Shown here: positions 59,932 to 64,000 of the stretch, piece after piece
Numbering within the stretch: position 1 is the stretch's first letter
Layout of the letters: each line of letters opens with the position of its first letter
IMG/VR virus record: IMGVR_UViG_3300032304_001269
Location: 10,067 to 74,066 of that record
Source: a virus
Lineage: Duplodnaviria; Heunggongvirae; Uroviricota; Caudoviricetes
DNA: 64,000 bases
Reading direction: 5' to 3' (one strand)
Made by a program: the position numbers and the translations under genes
The notes under the pieces: model-generated
Told to the model about the DNA's origin: nothing
The model's database searches: none
Seen by the model: the letters and a program-made list of their open reading frames with translations, nothing else

Positions 59932-60170
59932 TAGCAGACCAAATGGCTACCTGGTTGATAGGTAGTATTTTATTTGCATTGGGCAGTTTGGTGCTGGTGT
60001 TTGGATTGATATTGATCAACAACCTCTTGCACAAATATTGGAAACCTGTAACTGTGATAATGTTTAGAAATGAAAGCGTCTATCCAAAAATGCGTTACAG
60101 CACCCCAGAAGATTTTGAACACAAAGAACCCAGATTAGAGCAGGAAAAGATTGACAAAAATACATCTTGA
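59901..60170 (+). CDS. small membrane protein
   Basis: 89 aa with one TM helix. Confidence 0.3.
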   Translation: MRTYKGKRTMIADQMATWLIGSILFALGSLVLVFGLILINNLLHKYWKPVTVIMFRNESVYPKMRYSTPEDFEHKEPRLEQEKIDKNTS

Positions 60171-60213
60171 TGTTATCATTGTTGTATAGCTTATCACCAT
60201 CGAAAGGAATCAC

Positions 60214-60774
60214 ATGATCACTATCAAAGACTTTATGACCACCGTGAATTATCGCATCACTGAAGGCAGTGACTACGGCTGGCAATGTTATGGACCCGAT
60301 GCCTATAGACTAGATTCTTGGAATGGTGATCAGGATGGTCATTCTATCAGTATGGTATTCGACACTCGCACTCAGGTCGTTTATGAAATCAGTGCCTATG
60401 ACTATGTCAACGAACGTGCCTATCGCTGGATCAATCCAGAATACCGATCTGCTCATGACAACGAATCAGAAAATCGAGGTGTGATTGTTGATCAAGCGTG
60501 GGACGATGTCAACTACACTGATCTTGAAGTGGCCGAAGATATGTTGGAAAAAGCCCGTGCTATTGCAGCCGAAGAAGACTATGATACTCGTGTACAAGTT
60601 CCTGTAGAGTTCACAGATCAAGAAATGCTGACCTATATGAAGTTGGCTCACGAACTTGATATCACATTCAACGAATTAGTTGAGAGAGCACTTAAAGAAG
60701 CTATTTTGGCATACGAAGAAGATCTCACACACAACAAACCTAAAAAACACAAGAAGAAAAAGAAAGATCGATAA
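60214..60774 (+). CDS. hypothetical acidic protein with Lys-rich tail
   Basis: 186 aa; C-terminal KPKKHKKKKKDR. Confidence 0.4.
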   Translation: MITIKDFMTTVNYRITEGSDYGWQCYGPDAYRLDSWNGDQDGHSISMVFDTRTQVVYEISAYDYVNERAYRWINPEYRSAHDNESENRGVIVDQAWDDVNYTDLEVAEDMLEKARAIAAEEDYDTRVQVPVEFTDQEMLTYMKLAHELDITFNELVERALKEAILAYEEDLTHNKPKKHKKKKKDR

Positions 60775-61103
60775 TGACCACAGAGTCACAGAAATTCTTA
60801 GAAGATCTCAAGACCGGAGTTCGATATGTAGTAATCAATGACTGCTACGGAGGCTTCGGTCTCAGTGATCGTGCTCGTGAAGAATACAAAAAAATGGCAG
60901 GTATCACAGATCCCAGTTGGTATGATCGTGATGTGGCCAGAGACGATCCCTATCTGGTCAAGATAGTCAAAGAGCTAGGCTCTGCTGCCAGCGGCAGTCA
61001 TGCTAAACTCAAAATCGTGGAAATTCCAGGAGATGTAGAATGGCATATTTCTGATTATGACGGTGCAGAGCATGTGGCCGAGGATCACAGGACTTGGAAA
61101 TGA
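60774..61103 (+). CDS. hypothetical protein
   Basis: 109 aa. Confidence 0.4.
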   Translation: MTTESQKFLEDLKTGVRYVVINDCYGGFGLSDRAREEYKKMAGITDPSWYDRDVARDDPYLVKIVKELGSAASGSHAKLKIVEIPGDVEWHISDYDGAEHVAEDHRTWK

Positions 61104-61414
61104 GCAAGCCTGTGGTCATGCTTCCTGAGCAATGGCATCGTGTTCTTGAACGTATCAAACAACGAGAAAAGCCAAGTGTGTATCTTTCTAGATCAAGAAT
61201 GAAAGAAGTGCTGGGCTTTACTGTGCGTGATCATAGAGAGTATGTCAAAGACCCCGACTATGTAAGCCGTCCACAAGATAAAGATGAATGGTTTTACATG
61301 GAACCAAGTGGATGGTTTGAAGGCAAAATGAATGTGCATACCGTTCGATTGGATTTCTACGATGAACAGAAACGCACAATGTTTCTATTAAAATATGGCA
61401 ACGGACAAGATTAA
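61094..61414 (+). CDS. small protein, tandem paralog family member 1
   Basis: C-terminal LDFYDEQKRTMFLLKYGNG shares the family motif. Confidence 0.45.
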   Translation: MEMSKPVVMLPEQWHRVLERIKQREKPSVYLSRSRMKEVLGFTVRDHREYVKDPDYVSRPQDKDEWFYMEPSGWFEGKMNVHTVRLDFYDEQKRTMFLLKYGNGQD

Positions 61415-61646
61415 AATTGGTTCTCTCAATGAGATCCTAGCAACACGAGTTAGAACAATTTACCCCTATCGTGTGAACTTCGATAATATTACACGCAATC
61501 AAATTGAAGAAATGGCCACATGGTGCATTAACAACTGCAAAGACCTATGGCGAGAAGAACATTATCACGCACTGTACTTTCAATTTACAGATGATTATGA
61601 TGCCATGATGTTTATGCTAAAGTTTGGCGGAAGAGGCACGGTATGA
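61395..61646 (+). CDS. small protein, tandem paralog family member 2
   Basis: WCINNCKDLW followed by YFQFTDDYDAMMFMLKFGGRG. Confidence 0.45.
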   Translation: MATDKIKIGSLNEILATRVRTIYPYRVNFDNITRNQIEEMATWCINNCKDLWREEHYHALYFQFTDDYDAMMFMLKFGGRGTV

Positions 61647-61903
61647 AAGATCTAGAACAGGATATCTTATATGAACTCAGCACATCAATGCAGAGTGAAA
61701 TAGATCGAGAAATACTTTGGGGTATGCTGAAAAATATGGGTTGGCGCAGAGTAAATTTGGATAGATTTAAAGACAACGTGCATGCCGTGAACATCACAGA
61801 TTGGTTGGCAGAACACTGCAATCATGCCTTTGAAAGAAGAGGCGCAGACTTTATCTTTGAATCTGAGGTTGATGCAGTGAATTTTACCCTGAGATGGCAG
61901 TAA
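61643..61903 (+). CDS. small protein, tandem paralog family member 3
   Basis: WLAEHCNHAF followed by IFESEVDAVNFTLRWQ. Confidence 0.45.
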   Translation: MKDLEQDILYELSTSMQSEIDREILWGMLKNMGWRRVNLDRFKDNVHAVNITDWLAEHCNHAFERRGADFIFESEVDAVNFTLRWQ

Positions 61904-62271
61904 TAAACACCAAAGGTTATCAATTTGGACCTGCCCAGGGTTACCTAGGTCCTATACCTAAAGAAGATACATATAGGTATATGATAATCAATGATCGAGT
62001 AGAAGAAGTACGAGAGATAGTGGTACACGAATTCGACATGGGCGATGTTGAAGATCCTGATCTGTATGCTGCTGAACCACTTTGGCAATGGCAAGAGAGT
62101 GAGAGTGGAAAGTGGATTATGGAACATGCAGTCGAGACCCCAATGTGGCATAGATCTACGGATCCATATGCTTACGGATACAAGTATCTTATCAGTGCCA
62201 AACTAGCAGGCCCTGCTCTTACAGAATGGTTATTAAGATACGGGGATTCCAATTGGAAAAAGCCAAATTGA
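61894..62271 (+). CDS. hypothetical protein
   Basis: 125 aa, sitting inside the small-gene array. Confidence 0.4.
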   Translation: MAVINTKGYQFGPAQGYLGPIPKEDTYRYMIINDRVEEVREIVVHEFDMGDVEDPDLYAAEPLWQWQESESGKWIMEHAVETPMWHRSTDPYAYGYKYLISAKLAGPALTEWLLRYGDSNWKKPN

Positions 62272-62453
62272 TGTCTATTTTGGATTCCTATCATGTAGTC
62301 AGATTGGATAGAGATGAAAACTATAACAAAAAACTAACTTGGTGCATGGAACACTGTCAACATAAATTTCGAGATATAAAAGAATCCAATTGTCGAGCTT
62401 GGTATTTTCAAAATGAACAAGATGCTGCTATGTTTGCTATGAGATGGTCGTGA
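62226..62453 (+). CDS. small protein, tandem paralog family member 4
   Basis: WCMEHCQHKF followed by WYFQNEQDAAMFAMRWS. Confidence 0.45.
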   Translation: MVIKIRGFQLEKAKLMSILDSYHVVRLDRDENYNKKLTWCMEHCQHKFRDIKESNCRAWYFQNEQDAAMFAMRWS

Positions 62454-62671
62454 TAGTTGTATATCTCAACGACACTGATATCCCCTACGAACAAGCTGAA
62501 GAATATTTTGCCGAAGCAGCGGCATGGGCCACCCGACAATGTTCTAGTTACTTTGATTACTATGTTCAAGACGTTATCGACGTTTCTCTCACCAACGATT
62601 TTGTCACTGCTTATTATTTCAAAGATCCAAATGATGCTTTGCTATTCCAAATAAAATGGAAAACTAGTTGA
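62444..62671 (+). CDS. small protein, tandem paralog family member 5
   Basis: WATRQCSSYF followed by YYFKDPNDALLFQIKWK. Confidence 0.45.
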   Translation: MVVIVVYLNDTDIPYEQAEEYFAEAAAWATRQCSSYFDYYVQDVIDVSLTNDFVTAYYFKDPNDALLFQIKWKTS

Positions 62672-62897
62672 CATAATTCTTGTTCGGTGTTATAATAGTA
62701 TATCATTTAATAACGAAAGCATACTATGGCAGGCAAAGCGAAATCAGTTTACTTAACAGTGACTACATTAGATCACAAAACAGTATTTCATCGTATGTTT
62801 TTTAACGCAAAAGAATTTAATGAATTTGTAAAAACTGATGAGTTCAAAGCCAAGTACCCCTCGACAGAATTTAAAATCGTGAAAGAAACCTATTAAT

Positions 62898-63119
62898 ATG
62901 CATAAAACAATCTACACAGAAGTTGAAGTTGATGTTGATTTGAGCGACTTTGACACAGATGATCTAATTGAAGAACTAGAGTCACGTGGCGCAGGAGTCA
63001 CAGGCTATGGTGATGGCAAGGAACTACTTGAAGCCATTTATCTAAAGCGTAGACTAGGACAAGACTATCAAACGGAACTTGATCAACTTATCTGGATGGG
63101 ATTGGGTAAAATCCTATGA
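62898..63119 (+). CDS. hypothetical acidic protein
   Basis: 73 aa. Confidence 0.35.
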   Translation: MHKTIYTEVEVDVDLSDFDTDDLIEELESRGAGVTGYGDGKELLEAIYLKRRLGQDYQTELDQLIWMGLGKIL

Positions 63120-63556
63120 AACAAGAACTAGATAAGTTGTTGTGCGAAAAGTATCCTAAAATGATGGTCAATCGCAACGGTGCAGTAACTGAGACCTGCA
63201 TGTGTTGGGGCTTTGAGTGCGGTGACGGTTGGTACAATATTTTAAATCAGCTTATGGGTAATATCCAACATTATGTTGATTGGAATAATCAAAACTTCGA
63301 AAAAGGTTATAAGCAGTACAAACAAGTACCGCAAGTGACCTTGGACCAAGTAAAAGAAAAATTTGGCACCTTGCGTTTCTACTACACAGGCGGAGATGAA
63401 CATATCAGTGGCATGGTACGTATGGCAGAATCTATGAGCAGTGTTACCTGTGAAACCTGCGGTAGTTCAGGTAAACTCCGAGGAAGCCATTGGATGTATA
63501 CCGCTTGTGACAGTCATACCAAACCAGAACATTTTACAGAACAGGAAGAAGTATGA
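63116..63556 (+). CDS. hypothetical Cys-rich protein (possible zinc-binding)
   Basis: CMCWGFECGDGW followed by CETCGSSG. Confidence 0.4.
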   Translation: MKQELDKLLCEKYPKMMVNRNGAVTETCMCWGFECGDGWYNILNQLMGNIQHYVDWNNQNFEKGYKQYKQVPQVTLDQVKEKFGTLRFYYTGGDEHISGMVRMAESMSSVTCETCGSSGKLRGSHWMYTACDSHTKPEHFTEQEEV

Positions 63557-63957
63557 AAATAGGATTCAGTCTTGGCAGATGTATTCGCGATATTGTTAAT
63601 GAAAAGATCAGTATCGATGACGTAGCTTTTATTATTACTTCTACTAGCATACATACCAAAGAGCAATTAGCTGATGTAATTCTCATGTACACCTCAGAAC
63701 CCACGTATCTTTATGACTGTGATTATGATCAATGTGTAGCGGTAGCCAATATGTTATGGGATAACAACCGATTATTACAACCCCGTAGACAGGGACTGCA
63801 ACGACATGCTCAACCAGAAAACGCTGTTTGGGTCGATATGTTTCCCACCACGCTCAGTGAAAACCAGTCTGTCAAGTCTGCCTGGGATGCCTATAGATTT
63901 ATGCTACATATGACTGAGAATATTGATAATGAAGCCGTAGAGGTTTTCAAACAGTAG
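63553..63957 (+). CDS. hypothetical protein
   Basis: 134 aa, ATGA-coupled. Confidence 0.4.
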   Translation: MKIGFSLGRCIRDIVNEKISIDDVAFIITSTSIHTKEQLADVILMYTSEPTYLYDCDYDQCVAVANMLWDNNRLLQPRRQGLQRHAQPENAVWVDMFPTTLSENQSVKSAWDAYRFMLHMTENIDNEAVEVFKQ

Positions 63958-64000
63958 GAGAGGATATGATCAAAGCAGGATCAAAATGGAGCAGTGTCAC

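Noticed and set aside
1-64000. Possibility that the window is bacterial chromosome, given ClpP, DnaK, AhpC, S21, OMP, autotransporter and DD-peptidase
   Set aside because: Gene density, near-uniform + orientation, pervasive ATGA/TAATG coupling, many short unknown ORFs and phage-type genes (fibre, depolymerase, SleB endolysin with a holin-like protein, MazG, PD-(D/E)XK nuclease, nrdAB-grx) all favour a large phage. Every cellular-type gene is an isolated single copy, and the expected neighbouring operon partners (e.g. grpE/dnaJ, clpX, ahpF) are absent.
1-64000. Searched for CRISPR arrays, integrase or transposase genes, and IS-like terminal inverted repeats
   Set aside because: No regularly spaced direct repeats were seen. 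No tyrosine or serine recombinase or DDE transposase signatures were seen among the ORFs.

Overview
This 64 kb window is AT-rich (roughly 58-60% A+T). It is packed with short genes, almost all on the + strand, and many have overlapping stop/start codons (ATGA/TAATG style junctions). Rho-independent terminators are scattered through it. That organisation is typical of a large virulent (probably jumbo or myovirus-type) bacteriophage genome rather than a bacterial chromosome. Phage-type genes present include a long Gly/Thr/Ser-rich tail-fibre-like protein, a pectate-lyase-fold depolymerase, a SleB-type endolysin with a holin-like protein and lipoproteins, a PD-(D/E)XK nuclease, a DnaQ-like exonuclease, MazG, a class Ia ribonucleotide reductase nrdA/nrdB with glutaredoxin, and a truncated DnaE-like polymerase. 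Mixed in is an unusually rich set of host-like auxiliary genes. These include ClpP, ClpS, DnaK and Hsp20; 5-aminolevulinate synthase, heme oxygenase and a ferredoxin-dependent bilin reductase; AhpC and AhpD; ribosomal protein S21 and a cold-shock protein; a permuted two-piece tmRNA; TerC; an LpxH-like hydrolase, a GT4 glycosyltransferase and an NAD-epimerase; a His-box desaturase; an OMP beta-barrel and an autotransporter-like protein; and a DD-peptidase. The most unusual items are: (i) a 49-aa peptide with 11 cysteines, translationally coupled to an unknown protein, a radical-SAM enzyme and a secreted nuclease, which may be a RiPP-like cassette; (ii) an orphan 23-aa ORF that matches the PQQ precursor peptide PqqA almost residue for residue; (iii) a permuted tmRNA whose tag peptide reads ANDSRFALAA; and (iv) a tandem array of five small paralogous proteins of about 75-106 aa. 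The permuted tmRNA, the ALAS-type hemA and the SleB endolysin point to an alphaproteobacterial (probably marine) host. No integrase, transposase or CRISPR array was seen. Many ORFs in the supplied track begin at TTG or GTG; where an in-frame ATG with a ribosome-binding site (RBS) lay just downstream I used that start and say so.
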